Assembly: GCA_964016885.1 (NCBI GenBank)
Contig: OZ024744.1
Coordinates: 112,716,001 to 112,780,000 of the forward strand
From: Eledone cirrhosa
Taxonomy: Eukaryota
Direction: 5' to 3'
Length of the DNA: 64,000 bases
Shown one piece after another: positions 25,656-38,312 of the stretch; the stretch's first letter is position 1; each line of letters begins with the position of its first letter. Below the pieces are notes generated by a model. It saw nothing but the letters and a program-made list of their open reading frames with translations, was not told where the DNA came from and ran no database searches. A program made the translations under genes and the position numbers.

Positions 25656-28600
25656 TATGTATATATATATACACACTACTGTACGTCTGTATACATATGT
25701 ATATGTACGTGTACATACTTATATTTAAGTAACAGTCGTTCTAAGAGTGGGGAATGAAATTCCGTTTCATTTTTTCCGTTTATCGTTTTAGGTGCATCCG
25801 GCCGATTAACCCACTCGATATCCAAATTGGGCTACTCAGCCGTTAATATGCATAAGGTAAGTATATACGTCCAACAGTCTGGCAGGAAGGTATACGTTGC
25901 TGACGATAGCTAATAAGCTTGAAACTAGTACAGCGTTCCTTTGTCAGTGTTGAACAAACGAGCAACGATGGTTGCTAGACACTACGGCTTACTACGGGAT
26001 GTTTGTTTACAAACACACCGAGCATTATAATAAATGTTCGATGAATCCATACGTACATGTATATATGTGTGCATGTAAGTATATATATATACATACTACT
26101 GTACGTCTGTATACATATGTGTATGTACGTGTACATACTTATAATTAAGTAACAGCCGTATTAAGAGTGGGAAATGAAATTTCATTTCTTTTTTTTTTCC
26201 TTTTATCGTTTTAGGTGCACGCGGCCGATTAACCCACTCGATATGCAAATTACGCTACTCACCCGTTAATATGCATAAGGTAAGTATATACGTTCAACAA
26301 TCTGGCAGGAAGGTATACGTTGCTGACGATAGCTAATAAGCTTGAAACTAGTACAGCGTTCCTTTGTCAGTGTTAAACAAACGAGCAGCGATGGTTGCTA
26401 GACACTACGGCTTAATACGGGATGTTTGTTTACAAACACACCGAGTATTATAATAAATGTTCGGTGAATCCATACGTACATGTATATATGTGTGCATGTA
26501 TGTATATATATATAGATACTACTGTACGTCTGTATACATATGTGTATGTACGTGTACATACTCATATTTAAGTAACAGCCGTACTAAGAGTGGGAAATGT
26601 TTTTCGTTTCATTTTTTTCCGTTTATCGATTTAGGTGCACCCGGCCGATTAACCCACTCGATATGCAAATTAGGCTACTCAGCCGTTAATATGCATAAGG
26701 TAAGTATATGCGTTCAACAATCTGGCATGAAGGTATACGTTGCTGACGATAGCTAATAAGCTTGAAACTAGTACAGCGTTCCTTTGTCAGTGTTAAACAA
26801 ACGAGCAGCGATGGTTGCTGGACACTACGGCTTAATACGGTGTGTTTGTTTACAAACACACCGAGCATTATGATAAATGTTCGGTGAATCTATACGTTCA
26901 TGTATATGTGTGTGCATGTATGTATATCTATATACATACTACTGTACATCTGTATACATATGTGTATGTACGTGTACATACTTATATGTAAGTAACAGCC
27001 GTACTAAGAGTGGGAACTGAAATTTCGTTTCATTTTTTTCCGTTTATCGTTTTAGGTGCACTCGGCCGATTAACCCACTCGATATGCAAATTGGGCTACT
27101 CAGCCGTTAATATGCATAAGGTAAGTATATACGTTTAACAATCTGGCAGGAAGGTATACGTTGCTGAAGATAGCTAATAAGCTTGAAACTAGTATAGCGT
27201 TCCTTTGTCAGTGTTGAACAAACGAGCAACGATGGTTGCTAGACACTATGGCTTAATACGGGATGTTTGTTTACAAGCAGACCGAGCATTATAATAAATG
27301 TTCGGTGAATCCATACGTACATGTATATATGTGTGCATGTATGTATATATATATAAATAAAACTGTACGTATGTATATATATGTGTATGTACGTGTACAT
27401 ACTTATATTTAAGTAACAGCCGTACTAAGGGTGGGAAATGAAATTTCGTTTCCTTTTTTTCCGTTTATTGCTTTCGGTGCACCCGGCCGATTAACCCACT
27501 CGATATGCAAATTGGGCTACTCAGCCGTTAATATGCATAAGGTAAGTATATACATTCAACAATCTGGCAGGAATGTATACGTTGCTGACGATAGCTAATA
27601 AGCTTGAAACTAGTAAAAATTCCTTTGTCAGTGTTAAACAAACGAGCAGCGATGGTTGCTGGACACTACGGCTTAATACGGTGTGTTTGTTTACAAACAC
27701 ACCGAGCATTATGATAAATGTTCGGTGAATCTATACGTACATGTATATGTGTGTGCATGTATGTATATCTATATACATACTACTGTACGTCTGTATACAT
27801 ATGTGTATGTACGTGTACATACTTATATTTAAGCAACAGCCGTACTAAGAGTGGGAAATGAAATTTCGTTTCATTTTTTCCGTTTATTGTTTTCGGTGCA
27901 CCCGGCCGATTAACCCACTCGATATGCAAATTCGGCGACTCAGTCCTTAATATGCAAAAGGTAAGTATATACGTTCAACAATCTGACAGGAAGGTATACT
28001 TTGCTGACGATAGCTAATAAGCTTGAAACTAGTACAGCGTTCCTTTGTCAGTTTGAACAAACGAGCAACGATGGTTGCTAGACACTACGGCTTAATACGG
28101 GATGTTTGTTTACAAACACACCGAGCATTATAATAAATGTTCGGTGAATCCATACGTACATGTATATATGTGTGCATGTATGTATATATATATCAATAAT
28201 ACTGTACGTCTGTATACATATGTGTATGTACGTGTACTTACTTATATTTAAGTAACAGCTGTACTAAGAGTGGAAAATGAAATTTCGTTTCATTTTCTTC
28301 CGTTTATTGCTTTCGGTGCACCCGGCCGATTAACCCACTCGATATGCAAATTGGGCTACTCAGCCGTTAAATGCATAAGGTAAGTATATATGTTCAACAA
28401 TCTGGCAGGAAGGTATACGTTGCTGACGATAGCTAATAAGCTTGAAACTAGTACAGCGTTCCTTTGTCAGTGTTGAACAAACGAGCAACGATCGTAGCTA
28501 GACACTACGGCTTAATACGGGATGTTTGTTTACAAACACCCCGAGCAATATAATAAATGTTCCGTGAATCCATACGTACATGTATATATGTGTGCATGTA

Positions 28601-31124
28601 TGTATATATATAAATACTACCGTACGTCTTGAAACATATGTGTATATACGTGTAGATACTTATATTTAAGTAACAGCCGTAATAAGAGTGGGAAATGAAA
28701 TTTCGTTTCATTTTTTTCCGTTTATCGCTTTAGGTGCACCCGGCCGATTAACCCACTTGATATGCAAATTGGGCTACTCAGCCGTTAATATGCATAAGGT
28801 AAGTATATACTTTCAACAATTTGACAGTAAGGTATACGTTGCTGACGATAGCTAATAAGCTTGAAATTAGTACAGCGTTCCTTTGTCAGTGTTGAACAAA
28901 TGAGCAACGATCGTAGCTAGACACTACGGCTTAATACGGGATGTTTGTTTACAAACACCCCGAGCAATATAATAAATGTTCCGTGAATCCAAACGTACAT
29001 GTATATATGTGTGCATGTATGTATATATATATAAATAATACTGTACGTCTGTATACATATGTGTATGTACGTGTACATACTTATATTTAAGTAGCAGCCG
29101 TACTAAGAGTGGGAAATGAAATTTTGTTTCATTTTTTTCCGTTTAACGTTTTAGATGCACCCGGCCGATTAACCCACTAGATATGCAAATTGGGCTACAC
29201 AGCTGTTAATATGCATAAGGTAAGTATATACGTTCAACAATCTGGCAGGAAGGTAAACGCTGCTGACGATATTTAATAAGCTTGAAACTAGTACAGCGTT
29301 CCTTTGTCAGTGTTAAACAAACGAGCAGCGAGGGTTGCTAGACACTACGGCTTAATACGGTATGTTTGTTTACAAACACACCGAGCATTATAATAAATGT
29401 TCGGTGAATCCATAAGTACATGTATATATGTGTGCATGTATGTATATATATATACACACTACTGTACGTCTGTATACATATGTGTATGTACGTGTACATA
29501 CTTATATTTAAATAACAGCCATACTAAGAGTGGGAAATGAAATTTTGTTTCTTTTTTTCTTCTTTTATCGTTTTAGGTGCATCCGGCCGATTAACCCACT
29601 CGATATGCAAATTGGGCTACTCACCCGTTAATATGCATAAGGTAAGTATATACGTTCAACAATCTGGCAGGAAGGTATACGTTGCTGACGATATTTAATA
29701 AGCTTGAAACTAGTACAGCGTTCCTTTGTCAGTGTTAAACAAACGAGCAGCGAGGGTTGCTAGACACTACGGCTTAATACGGTATGTTTGTTTACAAACA
29801 CACCGAGCATTATAATAAATGTTCGGTGAATCCATAAGTACATGTATATATGTGTGCATGTATGTATATATATATACACACTACTGTACGTCTGTATACA
29901 TATGTGTATGTACGTGTACATACTTATATTTAAATAACAGCCATACTAAGAGTGGGAAATGAAATTTTGTTTCTTTTTTTCTTCTTTTATCGTTTTAGGT
30001 GCATCCGGCCGATTAACCCACTCGATATGCAAATTGGGCTACTCACCCGTTAATATGCATAAGGTAAGTATATACGTTCAACAATCTGGCAGGAAGGTAT
30101 ACGTTGCTGACGATAGTTAATAAGCTTGAAACTAGTACAGCGTTCCTTTGTCAGTGTTAAACAAGCGAGCAGCGATGGTTGCTAGACACCACGGCTTAAT
30201 ACGGGATGTTTGTTTACAAACACACCGAGCATTATAATAAATGTTCGGTGAATGCATACGTACATGTATATATGTGTTCATGTATGTATATATATATACA
30301 TACTACTGTACGTCTGTATACATATGTGTATGTACGTGTACATACTTATATTTAAGTAACAGCCGTATTAAGAATGGGAAATGAAATTTTGTTTCATTTT
30401 TTTCCGTTTATCGTTTTAGATGTACCCAGCCGATTAACCCACTCGATATGCAAATTGGGCTACTCACCCGTTAATATGCATAAGGTAAGTATATACGTTC
30501 AACAATCTGGCAGGAAGGTAAAAGTTGCTGTTGATAGCTAATAAGCTTGAAACTAGTACAGCGTTTCTTTGTCAGTGTTAAACAAACGAGCAGCGATGTT
30601 TGCTAGACACTACGGCTTAATACGGGATGTTTGTTTACAAACACACCGAGTATTATAATAAATGTTCGGTGAATCCATACGTACATGTATATATGTGTGC
30701 ATGTATGTATATATATACACACACTACTGTACGTCTGTATACATATGTGTATGTATGTGTACATACATATATTTAAGTAACAGCCGTACTGAGAGTGGGA
30801 AATGACAATTCGTTTCATTTTTTTTCGTTTATCGTTTTAGGTGCATCCGGCCGATTAACCCACTCGATATGCAAATTGTGCTACTCACCCGTTATTATGC
30901 ATAAGGTAAGTATATACGTTCAACAATCTGGCAGGAAGGTAAAAGTTGCTGATGATAGCTAATAAGCTTGAAACTAGTACAGCGTTCCTTTGTCAGTGTT
31001 AAACAAACGAGCAGCGATGGTTGCTAGACACTACGGCTTAATACGGGATGTTTGTTTAAAACACACCGAGCATTATAATAAATGTTCGGTGAATCCATAC
31101 GTACATGTATATATGTATGCATGT

Positions 31125-31126
<2 letters not shown>

Positions 31127-31162
<36 letters not shown>

Positions 31163-32090
31163 TTTACGTCCGCTTTTCCTTGCTTGCAAGGGTGGGACGG
31201 GTCTTATTCAGCACAGCATCTCTCCACTCGTCACGGTCCCTCGTCATCTCCACCGTGAGCTTCAATGATCTGAGGTCTGTTCTCACCACCTCCGCCCATG
31301 TTTTTCGTGGTCTACCTCTACTACGTCTTCCTTCAACTGGCATTTCCTGGCACTTCTTCACCCATCGGTCATCCTCCATGCGCATCACATGTCCATACCA
31401 CCTCAGTCTCCTCTCCCGTACACTACATTCTATCCCTCTCAGACACAGTTTCTCTCTCAACACATTTATGCTGGGTCGTTCACGCACATTTACACTGCAC
31501 ATCCAACGGAGCATGCTGGCCTCATTTCTCTCCAGCCGTCGCATATCTTCTGCGGTAGCTGCCCATGTCTCACTACCATGCAGCATCGCGCTCCTCACAC
31601 AGGCATCATACAACCGGCCTTTCGTACGCAGGGAGAAACCCTTCTTCGTCAACAGAGGAAGCAGCTCCCTAAACTTCTTCCAACCCGTCCTTATTCTAGA
31701 TACTATGGCCTCGGAAAACCCTCCTCCCATGCTAATCTGATCTCCTAGGTACCGGAAGCTATCCACCACTTCTATAGCGCCCTCTCGCATTTGAAAAATG
31801 TGTCTATCAGTGCGACTTCTACTGTCTAATTTCCCTGTACATCTACTGCATACATATTTCTCCCTACCTGTTAGTTTGCCTGCTATCCCGCTACATCTCT
31901 TGTGTACCCAGGACCTACATTGTGTGCATTTTATAGAATTTATGCCAGTTCCTTTTCTGCATATCGAACATGGCCATTTCCCTGACGGAATCAGGGTTTT
32001 GTCCTCTTTTCTACTCATTAACACTTTTGTCTTAGCTAGATTTACTCTCAGTCCTCTTGCTTCCAACTGCTGTTTCCATAGCCGGAATTT
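31127..32090 (-). mobile_element. 5'-truncated RTE LINE (second subfamily), TSD ATGTAT
   Basis: Open frame KFRLWKQQLEARGLRVNLAKTKV...FRYLG...LRWYGHV...GRPRKTW...KEKRT* followed directly by (GAT)n; ATGTAT at 31121-31126 and 32091-32096. Confidence 0.92.
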
Positions 32091-34760
32091 ATGTATATAT
32101 ATATGTATATATATATGTATGTATATATATATACACACTACTGTACGTCTGTATACATATGTGTATGTACGTGTACATACTTATATTTAAGTAACAGCCG
32201 TACTAAGAGTGGGAATTGAAATTTCGTTTCATTTTTTTCCGTTTATCGATTTAGGTGCATCCGGCCGACTAACCCACTCGATATGCAAATTGGGCTACTC
32301 ACCCGTTAATATGCATAAGGTAAGTATATAAGTTCAACAATCTGGCAGGAAGGTATACGTTGCTGACGATAGCTAATAAGCTTGAAACTAGTACAGCCTT
32401 CCTTTGTCAGTGTTGAACAAACAATCAGCGATGGTTGCTAGACACTACGGCTTAATACGGGATGTTTGTTTACAAACATACCGAGTATTATAATAAATGT
32501 TCGGTGAATCCATACGTACATGTATATATGTGTGCATGTATATATATATACATACTACTGTACGTCTGTATACATATGTATATGTACGTGAACATACTTA
32601 TATTTAAGTAACAGCCGTACTAAGAGTGAGAAATGAAATTTAGTTTCATTTTTCTCCGTTTATCGTTTTAGGTGCATCCGGCCGATTAACCCACTCGATA
32701 TGCAAATTGGGCTACTCAGCCGTTAATATGCATAAGGTAAGTATATACGTTCAACAATCTGGCAGGAAGGTAAAAGCTGATGATGATAGCTAATAAGCTT
32801 GAAACAGGTACAGCGTTCCTTTGTCAGTGTTAAACAAACAAGCAGCGATGGTTGCTAGACACTACGGCTTAATACGGGATGTTTGTTTACAAACACACCG
32901 AGCATTATAATAAATGTTCGGTGAATCCATACGTACATGTATATATGTGTGCATGTAAGTATATATATATACATACTACTGTACGTCTGTATACATATGT
33001 GTATGTACGTGTACATACTTATATTTAAGTAACCGCCGTACTAAGAGTGGGAAATGAAATTTCGTTTCATTTTTTTTCCGTTTATAGCTTTCGGTGCACC
33101 CGGCCGATTAACCCACTCGATATGCAAATTGGGCTACTCAGCCGTTAATATTCATGAGGTAAGTATATACGTTCAATAATCTGACAGGAAGGTATACGTT
33201 GCTGACGATAGCTAATAAGCTTGAAACTATTACAGCGTTCCTTTGTCAGTTTGAACAAACGAGCAACGATGGTTGCTAGACACTACGGCTTAATACGGGA
33301 TGTTTGTTTATAAACACACCGAACATTATAATAAATATTCGGTGAATCCATACGTACATGTATATATGTGTGCATGTATATATATATATACACACAACTG
33401 TACGTCTGTATACATATGTGTATGTACGTGTACATATTATATTTAAGTAACCGCCATACTAAGAGTGGGAACTGAAATTTTGTTTCATTTTTTTCCGTTT
33501 ATCGTTTTAGGTGCACCCGGCCGATTAACCCACTCGATATGCAAATTGGGCTACTCAGTCGTTAATATGCAAAAGGTAAGTATATACGTTCAACAATCCG
33601 ACAGGAAGGTATACGTTGCTGACGATAGCTAATAAGCTTGAAACTAGTACAGCGTTCCTTTGGCAGTTTGAACAAACGAACAACGATGTTTGCTAGACAC
33701 TACGGCTTAATACGGGATGTTTGTTTATAAACACACCGAGCATTATAATAAATGTTCGGTGAATCCATACGTACATGTATATATGTGTGCATGTATGTAT
33801 ATATATATAAATAAAACTGTACGTATGTATATATATGTGTATGTACGTGTACATACTTATATTTAAGTAACAGCCGTACTAAGAGTGGCAAATGAAATTT
33901 TGTTTCATTTTTTTCCGTTTATTGCTTTCGGTGCACCCGGCCGATTAACCCACTCGATATGCAAATTGGGCTACTCAGCCGTTAATATGCATAAGGTAAG
34001 TATATACGTTCAACAATCTGGCAGGAATGTATAGGTTGCTGACGATAGCTAATAAGCTTGAAACTAGTACAGCGTTCCTTTGTCAGTGTTGAACAAACGA
34101 GCAAAGATGGTTGCTAGACACAACGGCTTAATACGGGATGTTTGTTTACAAACACCCCGAGCAATATAATAAATGTTCGGTGAATCCATACGTACATGTA
34201 TATATGTGTGCATGTATGTATATATATATATACATAATACTGTACGTCTGTATACATATGTGTATGTACGTGTACATACTTATATTTAAGTAACAGCCGT
34301 ACTAAGAGTCGGAAATGAAATTTCGTTTCATTTTTTTCCGTTTATCGTTTTAGGTGCACCCGGCCGATTAACCCACTCGATATGCAGATTGGGCTACTCA
34401 GTCGTTAATATGCATAAGGTAAGAATATATGTTCAACAATCTGGCAGGAAGGTATACGTTGCTTACGATAGCTAATAAGCTTGAAACTACTACAGCGTTC
34501 CTTTGTCAGTGTTGAACAAACAAGCAACGATCGTTGCTTGATACTACGGCTTAATACGGGATGTTTGTTTACAAACACACCGATCATTATAATAAATGTT
34601 CTGTGAATCCATACGTACATGTATATATGTGTGCATGTATGTATATATATATACATACTACTGTACGTCTGTATACATATGTGTATGTAAGTGTACCTAC
34701 TTATATTTAAGTAACAGCCGTACTAAGAGTGGGAACTGACATTTCGTTTCATTTTTTTCC

Positions 34761-34831
<71 letters not shown>

Positions 34832-35138
34832 TATATATATATAAAAACAAATAACGAAACGAAATTAAATTTCGTTTCGTTTGTAACTCACTTTTGTATG
34901 ACTGACGCTTAAACAATTAAGTTAAAAATGTACATCTACATATGCATACTGAAATACTAGTGTGTATATGAATACACACACGTATACATATGTAGGTGTA
35001 CCAAGTCTTTCACTGGTCCCTTTACAGTGAGCGGCCCAGCTATTCTGTATGTAAACACACAGACAAACCGGTTTTTAGAGTCATACTGGTTTTTCGGGGG
35101 AACACCTTCCCCCTATTCTCCAGAAAGCCAGACAAGGA

Positions 35139-35181
35139 ATATTGAACTAGTTTCGTTGTTGTTACAACTCATCAGCAATAT
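35139..35181 (-). ncRNA. Minimal type-I hammerhead ribozyme (inverted copy)
   Basis: Exact reverse complement of 35577-35619. Confidence 0.88.
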
Positions 35182-35576
35182 TTACCTATCTACCGGCCTT
35201 TCTGGAGAATTGTAAAAGCACATATCGTTATATGCTTTTTCTATGAAAGCGACCAGCGATCACTGTAAAGCGACCAGTGAAAGACTTGGTACACCTACAT
35301 ATGTATACGTGTGTGTATTCATATACACACTAGTATTTCAGTATGCATATGTAGATGTACATTTTTAACTTAATTGTTTAAGCGTCAGTCATACAAAAGT
35401 GAGTTACAAACGAAACGAAATTTAATTTCGTTTCGTTATTTGTTTTTATCGTCTCCGCTGAACCGGTGCGTACTCACACTCTATGCAAATTAGTCTGCCC
35501 ACTACTAATTTTCATAGAAAAAGCATATAACGATATGTGCTTTTACAATTCTCCAGAAAGGCCGGTAGATAGGTAA

Positions 35577-35619
35577 ATATTGCTGATGAGTTGTAACAAC
35601 AACGAAACTAGTTCAATAT
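35577..35619 (+). ncRNA. Minimal type-I hammerhead ribozyme; predicted cleavage after GUU at 35613
   Basis: ATATTG-CTGATGA-GTTGT-aaca-ACAAC-GAAA-CTAG-TT-CAATAT, stems I and II perfectly paired. Confidence 0.9.
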
Positions 35620-35877
35620 TCCTTGTCTGGCTTTCTGGAGAATAGGGGGAAGGTGTTCCCCCGAAAAACCAGTATGACTCTAAAAACCGGTTTGTCTGTG
35701 TGTTTACATACAGAATAGCTGGGCCGCTCACTGTAAAGCGACCAGTGAAAGACTTGGTACACCTACATATGTATACGTGTGTGTATTCATATACACACTA
35801 GTATTTCAGTATGCATATGTAGATGTACATTTTTAACTTAATTATATATATATACATACGTACATATATATATATAC

Positions 35878-35966
<89 letters not shown>

Positions 35967-36135
35967 CATACATACACATACATACACACATACACACATA
36001 TACACATATATATACACATATACACACATGTATACATATACACATATAGATATATACACCCATATACACATATACATACATATCTATATATAAATACATA
36101 CATATATATATATATACAAATATGTATACATATAC

Positions 36136-36178
<43 letters not shown>

Positions 36179-36249
36179 TATATATATATATACACACATA
36201 TATATATATACATAACATTTATATACACATATAAATATATACATATACA

Positions 36250-38312
36250 TAAAATCTTCAAATCTAAAAAAAACCCACCTTCCAACAATCTACTAATGGA
36301 TTTTGAAAATGAAATCATATCTATGACCCAAAGCATTAAATTTAAAAAAAAACAACTTCATAGGCCAGGATTACTTAAGAAATATCAAAAATAATATTGA
36401 AAACTTGGAGAAAACGGAAACAATTCTCGTCAAGTCAGATAAAACCAATAATCTTTACGGAATACAAAAGGACATCTATAACGATCTTATATTAAAAGAA
36501 TTAAGGAAGAAATACAAAATAACAACTAATGACGACCTTGAAAAATTGAATACAGATGCCTCTTATATAATGCATGAACTAGGCATTGAAAATAGGTCAC
36601 AACCCTTCATGCCAAGGAAACCAAAAATTAATATGAAGGACCACAAAAGGAACTTTGAAATTTAATTACCAGTCAGATCAATTACACCATCTAAATCGGA
36701 CCTTGGCATACTTAGCAAATATATTTTAGACAGAATAATACCACAAATTAAGGAATTATCTTATTTAAAATTATGGAAAGGAACTAATGAAGTTATCGAA
36801 TGGTTTAAGGAAATTAAATATAACTATAATAATAAGTTTATTCAATTGGATATTTCTAATTATTACTCATCCATCACTCCTAATCTACTTAATAAAGCAC
36901 TAACATATGCATTTAAACATACAGACTTAACTAGTAATGAAATGCACATTATCTTAACGGCACGGAAAACATTAATAGAATTTAATAACCAACTCTGGAC
37001 TAGAGCAGATAGAAATAATAATTTCGATATCACTATGGGGTCATCCGATTCCGCTCAGGTAACAGATCTTGTGGGGCTTTTTATAAATAATTCTCTACAT
37101 AGAAAAATACCGGAGATGACCGGAGGTTTATATCGCGACGATATGCTATTACTTATCGAAAATAATAACTGTGAATTAAATAAGAAAAGAAAAGAAATTA
37201 TATAATTTTTTAATTACCTTAATCTAAAAGTAGAAATAGAGAATAACCATAAAATAGTTAATTTTCTAGATGTAACCTTAAACCTTAACACATGTCTTCA
37301 TTATCCATTTCACAAACTAAACGAGAACTTAAACTACGTTAATTTAAACTCTAATCACCCCAGATCCGTTAAAAATACTATAGTGAATTCTGTACAGCAA
37401 CACATTTCTAGAATTTCAGCTAATAGGAATATATTTGATGATAAAGCACATTATTACAACGAAGCGTTAGGTAGAGCTGGATATTGAAATAGAATTAAAT
37501 ACATTGATAAGAATAAGAATATAACAACTAACCATAATCTTAACAATTTTAACAACTATAATAGAAAACCTTACAATAATTCGGAAAACAAAAAAAAAAA
37601 TAGAACTAGGAATATATTATTGTTCGCTCCTCCTTTCTCATTAAATATTAAAACTCCTATTGCTAAACTATTCTTTAAAGCTCTTGACAAATGCTTCCCT
37701 AGAACACATAGATATTATTCAATATTTAATAGACATACTATAAAATTAACTTATTCAACCACAAATAATTTAGCGCAGAATATTAATAGAATTAATAATA
37801 GAAACTTAAAACCTAACCAAAATACCACTAACAACCCCAGCAATATCCAATTTAATAATACAGCTCCTAGTAACTTGAATTTTGATAAATGTAACTGTAG
37901 AAATAAATCTAACTGTCCGTTAAATAACAATTGTTTAGCTAAAAATATAGTATATAATTGTAATGTAAAAACTAATTTAAATTCATTTAATTATGTAGGA
38001 TCTACTTCCACAGATTTTAAATCTCCTTTTAATAACCATAAATGCTCTTTTACGAATTTAAACAAAAAATCTTCAACTTCTCTATCTAGCTTATTATGGG
38101 ACCTTAAATCAAAGAACATTAAATATTCGTTACTTTGGAATATTATTTCAAAAGCTCCTCCATTTAACTCCTCTTCCGAAAATTGTGCTCTTTGTATAGA
38201 GGAAATATTCTTTATATTAAAAAGCAAAAATTCTGTGAACGTAAGAAACAATCTTTTCAGTTGCTGCAAACATAGATTGAATTCAACGTTTAAATATAAA
38301 TTTAAAATGTAA
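36250..38312 (+). pseudogene. Penelope RT + GIY-YIG endonuclease with stops/frameshifts
   Basis: KSDKTNN; DISNYYSSI; ITMGSSDSAQVTDLVG; GLYRDD; VNFLDVTLNL; CNCRNKSNCPL (CxCx5C); IVY...YVGST; CALC..E. Confidence 0.88.

Larger units (their letters stand above)
18118..34765 (+). repeat. ~420-bp tandem repeat, about 24 units, with a hammerhead ribozyme motif per unit (non-LTR retrozyme-like array); interrupted by Gypsy and RTE insertions
   Basis: HHR cores recur at ~18336, 18758, 19179, 19600, 20020; 13 more between 25900 and 30950; 6 more between 32363 and 34462. Confidence 0.92.
34841..35843. repeat. Second HHR repeat family (468-bp period): inverted copy 34841-35248, direct ~1.25 units 35260-35843
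   Basis: CACTGTAAAGCGACCAGTG at 35261 and 35729; colinear similarity with the 420-bp unit. Confidence 0.85.

Noticed and set aside
18118-34765. Short ORFs in the 420-bp unit; alternative reading as a 5S, snRNA or spliced-leader gene array (AAGGTAAGT looks like a splice donor)
   Set aside because: ORFs are not conserved between units; no recognisable 5S/U-snRNA sequence. A splice-donor or SL role is not excluded but is unsupported, whereas the HHR has covariation support
37480-37495. In-frame TGA as selenocysteine codon in the Naiad-like ORF
   Set aside because: Not at a recognisable Cys position, the copy has other TAA stops/frameshifts, and no SECIS was identified
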